Below are positions 53,758 through 64,000 of a DNA stretch of 64,000 nt, piece by piece. Both the position numbers and the translations under genes were made by a program. Numbering within the stretch: position 1 is the stretch's first letter; the number at the start of each line of letters is the position of its first letter. Origin of the DNA: an uncultured Rivularia sp. (GTDB lineage: Bacteria > Cyanobacteriota > Cyanobacteriia > Cyanobacteriales > Nostocaceae); contig OY762007.1 of NCBI GenBank assembly GCA_963665115.1, positions 6,464,001-6,528,000 of the forward strand. The letters run 5' to 3'. The notes under the pieces are model-generated. The model saw only the letters and a list, made by a program, of their open reading frames with translations, did not search any database and was not told where the DNA came from.

Positions 53758-53942
53758 GTAGAGACGTAAAATTTTACGTCTCCCGACAGTTATGGGAAAA
53801 CCAACCCTTTATAATTTATGCGATCGACTACTATTATTCGACTATTCGACCACATAAGTTTTGCAGGGTAACACATTTGTAGAGGGAGCGTCGGTTGGTT
53901 TTCCCGGAAACGTCGGGAGACGTAGCACTGCTACGTCTCTAC
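53758..53942. repeat. REPIN-like composite: two inverted GTAGAGACG REPs with an inner inverted repeat
   Basis: GTAGAGACG..CGTCTCCCGAC / GGGAAAACCAACC ... GGTTGGTTTTCCC / GTCGGGAGACG..CGTCTCTAC. Confidence 0.75.
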
Positions 53943-53954
53943 AACCTCTCAAAA

Positions 53955-55382
53955 TTAATGTGTTGAAGTACTACTACTCTCTACTTCTAACCTTTGACCT
54001 TTGACCTCACCCACCTGTAAATGTTGTAATATCAGCTGACATACATCGGTTGCTTTGATAGATTCGGAATTTATTAAGTTGCTTTGTTTGCTAATGAATA
54101 AAGGTCCCATTTCGGGGGTGGGAGGAATACATCCGTGAGAACCTTTTACTAAGGAAGCGTCTAATGGAATTACATCCATCAAGTAACGAAAACCAAGCTT
54201 TTTCTTGAGCAGTTTTGAACCTACTTTTAATTTAGGAAATTTGACTTTGGGATCGACAAATAACTCTACTGGATCGTAACCCGGTTTGCGATGAATATCT
54301 ACTGTTCTGGCAAAGTCTGGAGCGCGTTTATCATCGAGCCAGTAATAATAGGTAAACCATGCATTACTGTTGGCAACAGCTACTAATTCCCCACTTCGAG
54401 AATGATTTAGATCGTAATCTGGTTTGTTAGTTTCGTCTAAAACATAGTCTATTCCCTCAGCTTGTTCTAATAAACTCTTAACTTGAGGAATGTAGTCAAC
54501 ATCATTAACGTAAACGTGAGCAATTTGATGATCTGCAACGGCAAAAGCTTTACTAGCACCAGCATCAAGGAGTTCTCTTCCTTCTTCCTCGCGGATGGCT
54601 AATAAACCTTTGGAACGTAACAATCTATTAATATGAATAGGTTGAGAAACGGGTGTAATACCATACTCCGATAATACAATAACGGAAGCACCACGTTGTT
54701 CGTAAAAATTAATTAAATCGCCGCAAACTGCATCTACTTCTTGTAATTCTTTAGCTATTTTGTCTTGGTTAGGGCCAAACTTTTGCAAACAGTAATCTAA
54801 ATGCGGTAGATAAATTAAAGTTAGATTTGGGCTGCATTTTTCTTCCACCCATTTCGATGAATTGGCAATCCATTTTGTAGATTCAATTGATGCAGTTGGT
54901 CCCCAAAAGTTAAATAAAGGAAATTGACCAAACTCTGCTTGTAATTGATCGCGAAACTTACTTGGATGAGTATAAATATCGGGTATCTTCCTACCATCAG
55001 CAGGATACATCGGTCGAGGAGTCACTGCATAATTAGCCGAGGAGTACATATTGTACCACCAGAACATATTCGCGCAGGTAAAATCAGGATCAAATTTCCG
55101 CGCTATGTCCCATATTTTAGAAGATTGAACTAACTTATTCGACTGTCGCCAAAACTTCGTTTCGCAATCATCTCGAAAATACCAACCATTACCCACAATG
55201 CCATGTTCGTTAGGCATTTTTCCCGTTAAATAAGTAGACTGTACAGAACAAGTTACCGCCGGTAAAACTGGATCTACGGTAGCAACCTTTCCTTTTTCCG
55301 CCCACTCTGAAAGCATTGGTGTATGCTTTCCTAATAAACTTGGGGTTAATCCGACTACGTTAATTACTACTGTTTTATTCAT
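53955..55382 (-). CDS. eboF: EboF, alkaline phosphatase/nucleotide pyrophosphatase superfamily
   Basis: PAVTCSVQSTYLTG, YLPHLDY, LSEYG, DIHRKPGYDP, KGSHG; ebo context. Confidence 0.88.
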   Translation of the reverse strand: MNKTVVINVVGLTPSLLGKHTPMLSEWAEKGKVATVDPVLPAVTCSVQSTYLTGKMPNEHGIVGNGWYFRDDCETKFWRQSNKLVQSSKIWDIARKFDPDFTCANMFWWYNMYSSANYAVTPRPMYPADGRKIPDIYTHPSKFRDQLQAEFGQFPLFNFWGPTASIESTKWIANSSKWVEEKCSPNLTLIYLPHLDYCLQKFGPNQDKIAKELQEVDAVCGDLINFYEQRGASVIVLSEYGITPVSQPIHINRLLRSKGLLAIREEEGRELLDAGASKAFAVADHQIAHVYVNDVDYIPQVKSLLEQAEGIDYVLDETNKPDYDLNHSRSGELVAVANSNAWFTYYYWLDDKRAPDFARTVDIHRKPGYDPVELFVDPKVKFPKLKVGSKLLKKKLGFRYLMDVIPLDASLVKGSHGCIPPTPEMGPLFISKQSNLINSESIKATDVCQLILQHLQVGEVKGQRLEVESSSTSTH

Positions 55383-55662
55383 AAAATAATTGGGGATTGG
55401 GGATTGGGGATTGGGGATTGATAATTACTCCTCCAATCGCTTTCCGATTACCTATCTCTTTCTATCCCCTCTGCGTCTAGAAGGGTTTTTATAATAGGTA
55501 ATATTCTATCGGGAAGAGACTAGGAATAGGTAATTGGGAATTGGGGATTGAAAGTTTTTCTTACCTGTAAAATAGCAAGGGAGCAAGATGCTCCCACTAC
55601 AAATGGTTATGACTCTTATTAATTTCTAACTCCTAACTCCCAACTCTTCAATGCCCCATGCC

Positions 55663-56919
55663 CTATGCCCCAATTTGTACTAACTCTTGATAATTGATTG
55701 CTTGTAGTTTCCACAAAACCCATTCATACTCGCGCTGAATGGATGCTGCGATATCGACTTTCATTTCAGGGGGTAATACTTCCCAAGTGTAAGTTTCGAT
55801 TTCTAGATGATTGCAAATTTCTTTCTTTTGTAATAGCTCAAATACGGTAACTATGTCATCTTGTGTTGACTGTACTACCTCATAATCGTCAATAAATAAT
55901 GGCACGTGAAAGTGAGTGCGCCATTCGGAAGCCGTGCTTTCTTCAAGAAAAGATAATGCCGATCCTAAATCTGGATAATGTTGCAGCTTTCCATCTGCGT
56001 AACGAGCGATTACTTGATGTAAATATGTAGATTCGGCAAAAGGCTGCAATCTATCTTTTAATAATAGCCTTTCACTTTTATCTTGCGGTATTTTAGCTTT
56101 TAATGCTGCGCTAATTTGAATTTTACCTATTTGAATACCTGCTGTTGCAAATCTTTCAAATACAGAAGCTGGATCTTCATATTCAACTGCAAAATGGCAG
56201 GTGTCGTAACATACTCGCACGTGTTCTAATAACAGCACCTCGGCTGCTGCTTGAGGAATTCCCAAGGTTTTTGCTAAATATGTTCCACCGATGGGCAACA
56301 AGTATTTCTCAAAATATTTTATTACTTCATCGGCGTTTTCAAGTAATGCATCGGGTTCTGGCTCTAAGTTCAAATGTAGAACTTTGTCGGTTGCAGCGCG
56401 GATTCTGACCATTTGCGCTACTATTTGCGCTATGTGAATAGTCGCACTGCTGGTTACTTTCGCCTGAGAAAGTTGATTCCCATCGAACCACGGTTTATAA
56501 GATAAAGGTACTGTGGAAATGCTACCTTCAATTTCTTCGGGTAATAGTTCGGCAAGAATTTGAGTTAATCGCAATGTATAGTCTAAACGCTGTTGTTTAG
56601 ACCAATCCGGCGCATAAACTTTGTCTTTTACTATTTGTAAATGGAAGCCTCCATAAGGAAAACCATTCAGTGTAAAAACGTATAAATCGTGTTCATTTAA
56701 CCACGACTTAAACTCTTCTAAAGTGTTACCTTGCAAAAGTTCTCTAGATGCTGCATCTGCTAAACGCAACCCAATACCGAAAGGTTGATTTGGAGATAGC
56801 TTTTTCTTGAGAGATGGAATGTATTGCACTAAATTAGCAAAAACCTGATTCCAATCTTCACCGGGGTGAATATTAGTGCAGTAAGTCAGGTGAAAGTTTT
56901 TGTTAGAAAAGATTTTCAT
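55663..56919 (-). CDS. eboE: EboE, xylose isomerase-like TIM barrel
   Basis: LTYCTNIHPGE, NGFPYGGFH, LEPEP, WRTHFHVP, HLEIETYTW. Confidence 0.92.
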   Translation of the reverse strand: MKIFSNKNFHLTYCTNIHPGEDWNQVFANLVQYIPSLKKKLSPNQPFGIGLRLADAASRELLQGNTLEEFKSWLNEHDLYVFTLNGFPYGGFHLQIVKDKVYAPDWSKQQRLDYTLRLTQILAELLPEEIEGSISTVPLSYKPWFDGNQLSQAKVTSSATIHIAQIVAQMVRIRAATDKVLHLNLEPEPDALLENADEVIKYFEKYLLPIGGTYLAKTLGIPQAAAEVLLLEHVRVCYDTCHFAVEYEDPASVFERFATAGIQIGKIQISAALKAKIPQDKSERLLLKDRLQPFAESTYLHQVIARYADGKLQHYPDLGSALSFLEESTASEWRTHFHVPLFIDDYEVVQSTQDDIVTVFELLQKKEICNHLEIETYTWEVLPPEMKVDIAASIQREYEWVLWKLQAINYQELVQIGA

Positions 56920-56977
56920 TTTTATAACTATTTATCAGATGCTAAACGCAAATTGCAAATAGCAACATTGCGAATAA

Positions 56978-58177
56978 TTACATTTTCGCATTAGATAACA
57001 GTGTAATTGCTTGTTGATATGAAGAATTTTTCACTGCATGAACCTCAATTTCTTCTCCAATTCTTCGCAAAAGCGTCAAGGTTAATTCTCCACCCAAATG
57101 TTCGCGAAATTCGTTTAGCCCTCTAAACAAACATCTTGGATGTTTTATTTCAGATTCTTCATTAAGTTCGGGAACGTATAGCTCAAATCCTAATGTTTTT
57201 AAAGTGTTCAGTATTTGTTGCCATTCTGCATGAGTCAACATTCCTTCTAAATAAGAATAAGTGCTATCTAAAGCCATGCCAATTGCTACCGCTTCACCAT
57301 GACGCAAGCGGTAATTAGTCAACTGTTCGAGCTTGTGAGCCGCCCAATGTCCAAAATCAAGGGGACGAGAAGAACCCATTTCAAAAGCATCGCCGCTGGT
57401 GGCAATATGTTGTAAATGCAACTGAGCGCATCTGTAAATTACCTGCTGCATGATTTCCAAATCACGACGAGCTAGAAGTGCAGCATTATTAGAAATAAAC
57501 TCGAAAAAGTCCGCATCTTTAATCAGCGCGACTTTCACCGCTTCAGCAATACCCGATCGCCAATCTCGTTCGTCAAGGCTGTTGAGAAAATCAAAATCAT
57601 TCAAAACAGCGTAAGGTGGTGCAAAGCTTCCTAAAAAGTTCTTTTTACCAAAAGCATTAATACCGTTTTTGACTCCTACCGCAGAATCATTTTGAGCTAA
57701 GACAGTGGTAGGAATACGGATGATTCTAATTCCGCGATGGGCTGTAGCTGCCGCGTATCCAACTAAATCGAGAACTGCACCACCACCGATCGCAATTATA
57801 TAAGAGTGACGACAAATACCAGCAGTATCAACCAACTGATGAATTTCTTCAAGCAATTGGGGGTTATTTTTCGCAGCTTCACCACCAGGAACTACGAAAG
57901 GATCGGCAGACAAAGTTAAGATATCAGAATTGAAACGGCAATATTCCCCCAATTCGTCAAGCAACCCATTTCGATGTGACAGCAAACCACCATCGACAAC
58001 AGCCATCACCTTTTTCGGTTCAGCTTCTCCATCATTTGCAATAATCGAAGCTAAAAGTGAATTATCCAAATCAAAAATACCGTTAGTGAAGTGAACCGGA
58101 TAGTTAAAAGTCACCTCAACACGTTGCTGAATCGGTTGCAGATTATATTTAGTCTTGCTTTTTACTTCTAATATCAT
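56978..58177 (-). CDS. eboD: EboD / 3-dehydroquinate synthase-like sugar-phosphate cyclase
   Basis: PGGEAAK, IGGGAVLD, PTTVLAQNDS.VGVKNG, LDFGHW.AH, HGEAVA. Confidence 0.9.
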   Translation of the reverse strand: MILEVKSKTKYNLQPIQQRVEVTFNYPVHFTNGIFDLDNSLLASIIANDGEAEPKKVMAVVDGGLLSHRNGLLDELGEYCRFNSDILTLSADPFVVPGGEAAKNNPQLLEEIHQLVDTAGICRHSYIIAIGGGAVLDLVGYAAATAHRGIRIIRIPTTVLAQNDSAVGVKNGINAFGKKNFLGSFAPPYAVLNDFDFLNSLDERDWRSGIAEAVKVALIKDADFFEFISNNAALLARRDLEIMQQVIYRCAQLHLQHIATSGDAFEMGSSRPLDFGHWAAHKLEQLTNYRLRHGEAVAIGMALDSTYSYLEGMLTHAEWQQILNTLKTLGFELYVPELNEESEIKHPRCLFRGLNEFREHLGGELTLTLLRRIGEEIEVHAVKNSSYQQAITLLSNAKM

Positions 58178-58301
58178 AATTAATAACTAATAATTGGTAA
58201 TTGGTAATTGGTAATTGGTAATTGGTAATTGGTAATTGGGAATTGGGAAAGGGGAAGAGGGGGGAGACAAAAAGACAAGGAGATAAGCTAATTCCTAATT
58301 C

Positions 58302-58943
58302 CTAACTCTCAATTCCTAACTGTTCGCTGTTCGCTGCTAACTGCTTAAGAAACGTTTCTTTGGACTGAGAACCGCTAATTTTTACTTCGTTATTAATGAT
58401 AAAAAATGGTACGCTATTAATACCCAAACTCCGAGCCTTATCTGATTCAATAACAATGGCATTGCGGGCATTTTTATCGTTTAATTGCTCTGCTAATTGA
58501 GGAGAATCTATTCCGCATAATTTAGCAATTGATATTATACGATCGACATTTCCCAAATTTAAACCTTCTTCAAAGTAAGCTTTATAAATTGCTTCAACAA
58601 CTTTACTTTTAAGAGGTTTCGGAGTTAATTCGATCAGTCGGTGAGAGAGAGTTGTATTAACAGCCAATCGCACCTTTTCAAAATCCAATATTACGCCAGC
58701 AGCTTCACCCATGCGTCTCGTATAATCAAACATCTGCTGTAATTGTTGCAGTGACATTCCCTTTCGCTGCTGCATAAAATTACGGAATTCATATCCTTGA
58801 TTCGGAACTGAATTATCCAACAAAAAAGGATGCCAGCGAATCTCTACAGCTTCGCATTCATATTCCGAAAGCGCATCAAAAAGGTGCTTTTTCCCAATTC
58901 GACACCAAGGACATACGGTATCATGAAATACGTCAATTAGCAT
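58302..58943 (-). CDS. DsbA/FrnE family oxidoreductase
   Basis: DTVCPWC, VPFF, SGSQ. Confidence 0.9.
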   Translation of the reverse strand: MLIDVFHDTVCPWCRIGKKHLFDALSEYECEAVEIRWHPFLLDNSVPNQGYEFRNFMQQRKGMSLQQLQQMFDYTRRMGEAAGVILDFEKVRLAVNTTLSHRLIELTPKPLKSKVVEAIYKAYFEEGLNLGNVDRIISIAKLCGIDSPQLAEQLNDKNARNAIVIESDKARSLGINSVPFFIINNEVKISGSQSKETFLKQLAANSEQLGIES

Positions 58944-59064
58944 AGTTTTTATTTTGAAAGGGATTAGGGAATAAGCAACAGTGAGAATATAATAAATAGA
59001 TTTTGAGGTTATTTAGGTTTATAGTAAATATCTTTAGCTCTTATTTTAAGGACTAAATTTATTT

Positions 59065-59229
59065 TCACATCTTGTACCATTCTCCTTAAGCCCACATTAC
59101 CAGCTTGAAATCAATTTCAAGACCTATATATAAAGCACGTTGAAACGCACTAAAATCCTTATTTAGTCCTTGGTATGTGAGCCTGGGGATTTATTCCAAG
59201 GTGGTTGTTGAAAATGGTACAAGATGTCA
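59065..59229. mobile_element. MITE-like element, TCACATCTTGTACC...GGTACAAGATGTCA
   Basis: Terminal inverted repeats; homologous to 2866-3086 in the opposite orientation. Confidence 0.75.
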
Positions 59230-59273
59230 GTTACTGCTAACTATTACTCATTACCCATTACCTCTTATCTTAA

Positions 59274-60200
59274 TCAAGTAGTAAGCAAAACATTCTCACT
59301 ACGATTTGTTTTACCTTTATCAAGATATTCTTGTGAAGTAAAACTATTATTAATCAAATAATCGTCTATTGTTTCTTCTTCTTTGTCTTCAGAAGCTAAA
59401 GCTTGATTAAAAAAGTTTTGAGTAGATTCAAACTCTTTAATTAATCCGTCTCTATCTTTTTCAGTTACAAGTTTAGCCAAACGGCTGTAAGTTTCGGCAA
59501 GAGTAACTATAGCTTCACATCTTTCTTCTGTGGCTAACATAATGTCCGCACATAAATGCGAACTTTGAGCAAATAAACGTTTAAGAATATCAATTTCTTG
59601 GCAGTAAGTTGGACTAGCCATTGATAAACTACGCTGAATATCGATATTTTCTTCAGCTAAAAATACGCCCAAACTGAACCTCGCAAAATGACGCATTGCT
59701 TGAACAATCGTCATCATCTTATCGTGTTCTTCAGGTGTCGATTCTACCAAGTTGCTGCCTTTAGCCTTGAAAAAATCTAATAACCATTGAAACCTGTCGT
59801 CATTTCGTCCCCGACATACCACTATAATCTGTTGTGCAAAGGATTCAACTTTCGGACCAAACATTGGATGTAAACCCATTACAGCCCCTTCGTGGTACTC
59901 CAACATTGCCTGTACGGGTTCAACTTTGACACTAGTAATATCGGCGATCGCCGCAGTCGGTTTCAAATATTGAGCGGCACGCTTAATTACTTCAACAGTT
60001 TTCTCAATGGGAACTGAAACTAACACTAAGTCAGCATCACTAAGTAACTTTTGTGCAAACGGCCAATCTTGATTTCCGAAAGCGCACACTTGATGCCCGC
60101 TTGCCGAAAGTTCGCGAGCAAACCACTGTCCCATCTGCCCGCGTCCCCCGATGATAGTAATTCGTTGAGACTTACCCTTATTTTCTGTTTGAGAAATCAT
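59274..60200 (-). CDS. tyrA: Prephenate dehydrogenase
   Basis: IIGGRGQMG, DITSVK, HPMFGP, EEHD.MM..VQ. Confidence 0.92.
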   Translation of the reverse strand: MISQTENKGKSQRITIIGGRGQMGQWFARELSASGHQVCAFGNQDWPFAQKLLSDADLVLVSVPIEKTVEVIKRAAQYLKPTAAIADITSVKVEPVQAMLEYHEGAVMGLHPMFGPKVESFAQQIIVVCRGRNDDRFQWLLDFFKAKGSNLVESTPEEHDKMMTIVQAMRHFARFSLGVFLAEENIDIQRSLSMASPTYCQEIDILKRLFAQSSHLCADIMLATEERCEAIVTLAETYSRLAKLVTEKDRDGLIKEFESTQNFFNQALASEDKEEETIDDYLINNSFTSQEYLDKGKTNRSENVLLTT

Positions 60201-60599
60201 ATTTAAATTCTTAGTATTTCATGCGGTAAACGCTATCAAGAGCGTAATAGTTGATTAATGTAGCGGTATTATTAAAGCAATAAATGTCAAACTGCCTTTA
60301 ATATTATTTATTTCTAAATATCTTTTTCAAAATTATGCCTAAAATTAAAATCCCTATTCCAATAGCATAATTATACTTTAATAGATCGATTAATCTTTAA
60401 TATGTATATTTGATATATTTTTTGTTAATTGATTTATTTTTAGGAAAAAGAAATCGGGGATTGGTAATTGGTAATGGGGAATAGAAAAATAAAAATGTCT
60501 TAATAAACTTGAGTCGCTGCTCTAGCGTAACTGCTCTATTTAAGATAGTTAAAATAATTTGTAACTCCCAACTCCCTATCCCCAATCCAAAATCCAAAA

Positions 60600-61877
60600 T
60601 CATCTAACCCCTAACTTCTTTTCTATTGCTGGTAAAATGCCAGGTACCTTGCGATAAATAGCTTTAGTAAAAACAGATTCATAAGCTGTTAATGCTTGTT
60701 CAAAAGAATAGCGATCGACAGCAAATTTTCTTGCCTTTTCACCCAGTTTCTTTACTAAAACAGGGTTGCTATATAAACTCATAATTGCAGCAGCTAAATC
60801 TTGGGGTGATTCTGGTGCGACAACTACACCACCACCACTTTCTCTAACTGCACGGGCTGCTGTACCGGAAGCAGGAACGGATGCAATAATTGGACTTCCA
60901 GAAGCCAACAATAAGGGTATTTTGGAAGGCATATTAAAAGAAATCACGTTGCGTTTTTGGACTACCAAACCCACATTAGCAGCCGCGAGCATTTCTGGTA
61001 ATTTTTCTCGTGGTTGCAAGGGTAGTAATAAAACATTATCCGCACCACAAGCTAAACAATGTTTTTGCAACCTTTTCAACGCCTTGGATTCTCCAGCAAT
61101 GACAAAAGCAATTTCAGGAATATGACTTAATGATGCCGCTGTTTCTATTACCGTTTCCAAGCCTTGAGTTAAAGCAATATTTCCCGAATAAAGCGCCACA
61201 AATTTGTTCTCTAATTTGTGAATAGCTTTCCATTTTTGAGCTTCTTGTGGCAAAGGGCGAATAAAATTGACATCTACCCAATTAGGAATACAGGCAATTT
61301 TTTTTATAGGAACTTTCTTATTAACTAAATTCTTAACAAATCCATCGGCAATGACGCTAATTGTATGAGCTTTTTTATAAGCAAATTTTTCTAAAACTTC
61401 CAAAGCACGAATCATGAATTTATTTTTCAATAATCCAGTTCTTATTGCAGCTTCTGGTAAAATATCTTGTACGTTCAATACCACCGGACAATTATAAAAC
61501 CAGCCTAAAAATGTCGCAGGTAGCGAAACTAATAAAGGTGGAACAGTTAAAAGAATAACATCAGGTCGCCAACCATTCAGAGCTTGGGGCAAACTTGTAA
61601 ATACAAAGCTTAATTCTAATAGTAAGCGATCGATTAAATTAGGCTTAGATTTAATTCTTAAATAACAGCGTTGAATAGTTACGCCATTTTTCTCTTCCGT
61701 GACATACCACTTACCCCGATACTCTTCGTAAATCTCGCGCTGTGGATAATTCGGCATACCAGTAATCACCCGCACCTGATGCCCTTTTTTAGCCAATCCC
61801 TCAGCAAGCTCAGTCATTAAAGGTGCAATTCCGATAGGTTCGGGATGATAATTATAAGAATAAATTAGAATTTGCAT
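60600..61877 (-). CDS. GT4 glycosyltransferase (WcaI-like)
   Basis: NYHPEPIG, TGMPNYP, IPNWVD, YSGNI...QG, MPSK. Confidence 0.9.
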   Translation of the reverse strand: MQILIYSYNYHPEPIGIAPLMTELAEGLAKKGHQVRVITGMPNYPQREIYEEYRGKWYVTEEKNGVTIQRCYLRIKSKPNLIDRLLLELSFVFTSLPQALNGWRPDVILLTVPPLLVSLPATFLGWFYNCPVVLNVQDILPEAAIRTGLLKNKFMIRALEVLEKFAYKKAHTISVIADGFVKNLVNKKVPIKKIACIPNWVDVNFIRPLPQEAQKWKAIHKLENKFVALYSGNIALTQGLETVIETAASLSHIPEIAFVIAGESKALKRLQKHCLACGADNVLLLPLQPREKLPEMLAAANVGLVVQKRNVISFNMPSKIPLLLASGSPIIASVPASGTAARAVRESGGGVVVAPESPQDLAAAIMSLYSNPVLVKKLGEKARKFAVDRYSFEQALTAYESVFTKAIYRKVPGILPAIEKKLGVR

Positions 61878-61987
61878 TTACATCGACTTTTTATAAGTTA
61901 ATAGGGAATGGGGCATAAGGCATTGGAAGCTTTGAATTTTTAACTCTTAATTCTTAACTCCTTATCCCCTCACCCATCATGTGTATC

Positions 61988-62887
61988 CTAAGTGACTGCG
62001 AATAATCTCGCCAGCAGCATGGATATTAGTAGTAAAAACAACACTGCTAAGCCATAAGTAAAGCCTGCAAAACTACAGCTAAGAGTTGCATCTAATACTA
62101 TAAGTGATAAAATCCCCGAACGCACTGCCATACGTATATTTTCGGCATTTGGCTGACCTGCGGCTTTTACAAAAGGAACTAGCACGCGCCAGCTAAGTAA
62201 AATCACGAATGGTAATACAGCCAAAAAGTAAGATTTATTTAACCAGCCTAATCCTAATAGTCCAGCAATAACCGTACCCATTAGCATCAATGCTACAACA
62301 CCTGTAGTGCGTTTTCCACCATGTACTTCACCTTGGCTAATAGCTGTAATCGCGGCAATATAAATAATCGGAATTAAAGCCAAATACCAGTTTTCTCTCA
62401 GCACTGGCAACAAAATACTTACACCTAGTAGTAAGTTACCACCGCGACAAATCCCCATATTTAAAGGACCGAAAAACGTGTGATGTTTTCCATAAGCGTC
62501 ATAAAGCAAAGCCGCAGCGGCCACACCAGAGGCAATACAAAAACTTAACCAAGAAACTTGAGCCGCAGCAAGTATACCAGTAATTAGAAATACGCTACCT
62601 AAAAAAGTTGCTCCCCACAGAGAAGCTCTACCGTTAGGAATAGGTCTTTCCGGTCTTTCTTTAGCATCTAATTCCGCATCAAAAACATCATTAAATACAA
62701 CACCACCACCGTATAAACCAGTAGTAGCCAAGAGTAACCATGCAACAGGTGCCGGATTATCTAAAACTGCAAAACCAGAAACCGCAATACCTGCCAGTAC
62801 ATCCGCCCAAGCAGTGACAATATTTGCAGGTCGCGTTAACTGTATATACGCCCAGAGGCGGTTGGTGTTTAAAGTTGCCGTGTTCAT
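61988..62887 (-). CDS. eboC: EboC, UbiA-family prenyltransferase
   Basis: RPANIVTA.AD, NDVFDAELDAKERPERPIP, MGICRG.N. Confidence 0.92.
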   Translation of the reverse strand: MNTATLNTNRLWAYIQLTRPANIVTAWADVLAGIAVSGFAVLDNPAPVAWLLLATTGLYGGGVVFNDVFDAELDAKERPERPIPNGRASLWGATFLGSVFLITGILAAAQVSWLSFCIASGVAAAALLYDAYGKHHTFFGPLNMGICRGGNLLLGVSILLPVLRENWYLALIPIIYIAAITAISQGEVHGGKRTTGVVALMLMGTVIAGLLGLGWLNKSYFLAVLPFVILLSWRVLVPFVKAAGQPNAENIRMAVRSGILSLIVLDATLSCSFAGFTYGLAVLFLLLISMLLARLFAVT

Positions 62888-62991
62888 GATTTAAAGAGAG
62901 AGGGGGAGATGGGGAAGAGGGGACAAGGAGATGGGGAGAGGGGGTAGAAATTGTTCGCTTTAACTTTTAACCTATCCCCTATGCCCAACTC

Positions 62992-63900
62992 TTACTCGAT
63001 TAGTGCGTATTCGGTTTTAGACTCTTCAACAACTGGCTTTTGTCCGCGCAGTACGGAGTTGCCGCTGAATAATTCGCGCTGATCGATTGGAGATGAATTT
63101 AACCAGTCAGATTCCTGTATTTGACCGCTTTGGCTGTATGCTGCAAGGGCGTTTTCGTAACAGGTGGCTCGCACATGAGCTTGCTGAATGCCTCTCTCTA
63201 GCATCAATTGAGCGGTTTTTGGTACTGCTAAAGGATCGCTTACTCCCCAATCGGCGCTACTGTCTACAATGATTCTTTCGCAACCGTATTGACGTACAAC
63301 TTCCACCATCCGAGCGTTACCCATTTTGGTGTTGGGATAAATTGTAAACGCTGCCCAGAAACCTCTATCCAATACATCTTTGACGGTTTCTTCATTGTTA
63401 TGATCCATTACCACCTTGGATGGTTCCAAACCATGTTCGATACATACCTCCATGCTGCGAATGGTACCCGCTTTTTTATCGCGGTGCGGTGTATGAATCA
63501 TTACCAGCATATCTAATTCTTTCGCTAACTCTAACTGCAAGCGAAAGTACTTATCTTCCGCCGGTGTCATATCGTCGTAACCAATTTCACCGATCGCAAC
63601 TACACCTTCTTTACAAGCATACAAAGGTAATAATTCCATTACCTGTTCCGCCAAAGGTTCGTTATTAGCTTCCTTCGAGTTCAAGCCAATAGTGCAGTAA
63701 TGCTTGATGCCAAACTGCGACGCTCTAAAGCGTTCCCAGCCCACCAAACTGCTGTAATAATCTTGAAAAGAACCAATATTAGTCCGTGGTTGTCCCATCC
63801 AAAAAGAAGGTTCAATCACCGCAACAATACCCGCATCACGCATTTTTTCGTAATCATCGGTAGTGCGGGAACTCATGTGAATATGTGGATCTATGTACAT
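62992..63900 (-). CDS. eboB: EboB, TatD-family hydrolase
   Basis: DPHIHMSSRTTDDY, GEIGYD, HTPHRDK, DHNNE, SSADWG. Confidence 0.92.
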   Translation of the reverse strand: MYIDPHIHMSSRTTDDYEKMRDAGIVAVIEPSFWMGQPRTNIGSFQDYYSSLVGWERFRASQFGIKHYCTIGLNSKEANNEPLAEQVMELLPLYACKEGVVAIGEIGYDDMTPAEDKYFRLQLELAKELDMLVMIHTPHRDKKAGTIRSMEVCIEHGLEPSKVVMDHNNEETVKDVLDRGFWAAFTIYPNTKMGNARMVEVVRQYGCERIIVDSSADWGVSDPLAVPKTAQLMLERGIQQAHVRATCYENALAAYSQSGQIQESDWLNSSPIDQRELFSGNSVLRGQKPVVEESKTEYALIE

Positions 63901-64000
63901 AATAATAATTTTGGATTTTAGATTTTAGATTTTAGATTTTAGATTTTGGGAATAGGGCATTGGTAATTGGTAATTGGTAATTGGTAAGAGTTAGGAATTA

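Overview
AT-rich DNA from a filamentous heterocystous-type cyanobacterium (Nostocales-like, judged from HIP1 GCGATCGC sites, STRR heptamer arrays, xisH/xisI and nifJ). The right end (46-64 kb, minus strand) is the downstream part of a scytonemin-type cluster with integrated ebo genes: eboB-eboC-glycosyltransferase-tyrA-dsbA-eboD-eboE-eboF-trpE(G)-trpC-trpA-trpB-trpD. It has no intact tyrP and no aroG, but two relic PEP-CTERM tails sit between the trp genes. Directly downstream lie two co-oriented, unassignable acidic/Gly-rich proteins that share NPF-GG repeats; one also has GNGNW beta-roll-like repeats. This pair is the best candidate for an undescribed system. The rest of the window holds nifJ/PFOR, a four-gene phosphorelay, PiT, metF, trpS, pip, trx, petF and AraC-SDR/Rieske modules. 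It also holds an NspI-like type II R-M system (C protein, C-box, MTase, and an REase with a nonsense codon), several defence/TA relics, and many small mobile repeats (REP-like, MITEs, HIP1-targeted), some inserted in frame inside genes. Nine genes are split by extra bases in short homopolymers, most likely assembly errors. All family assignments are by-eye recognition, not database searches.
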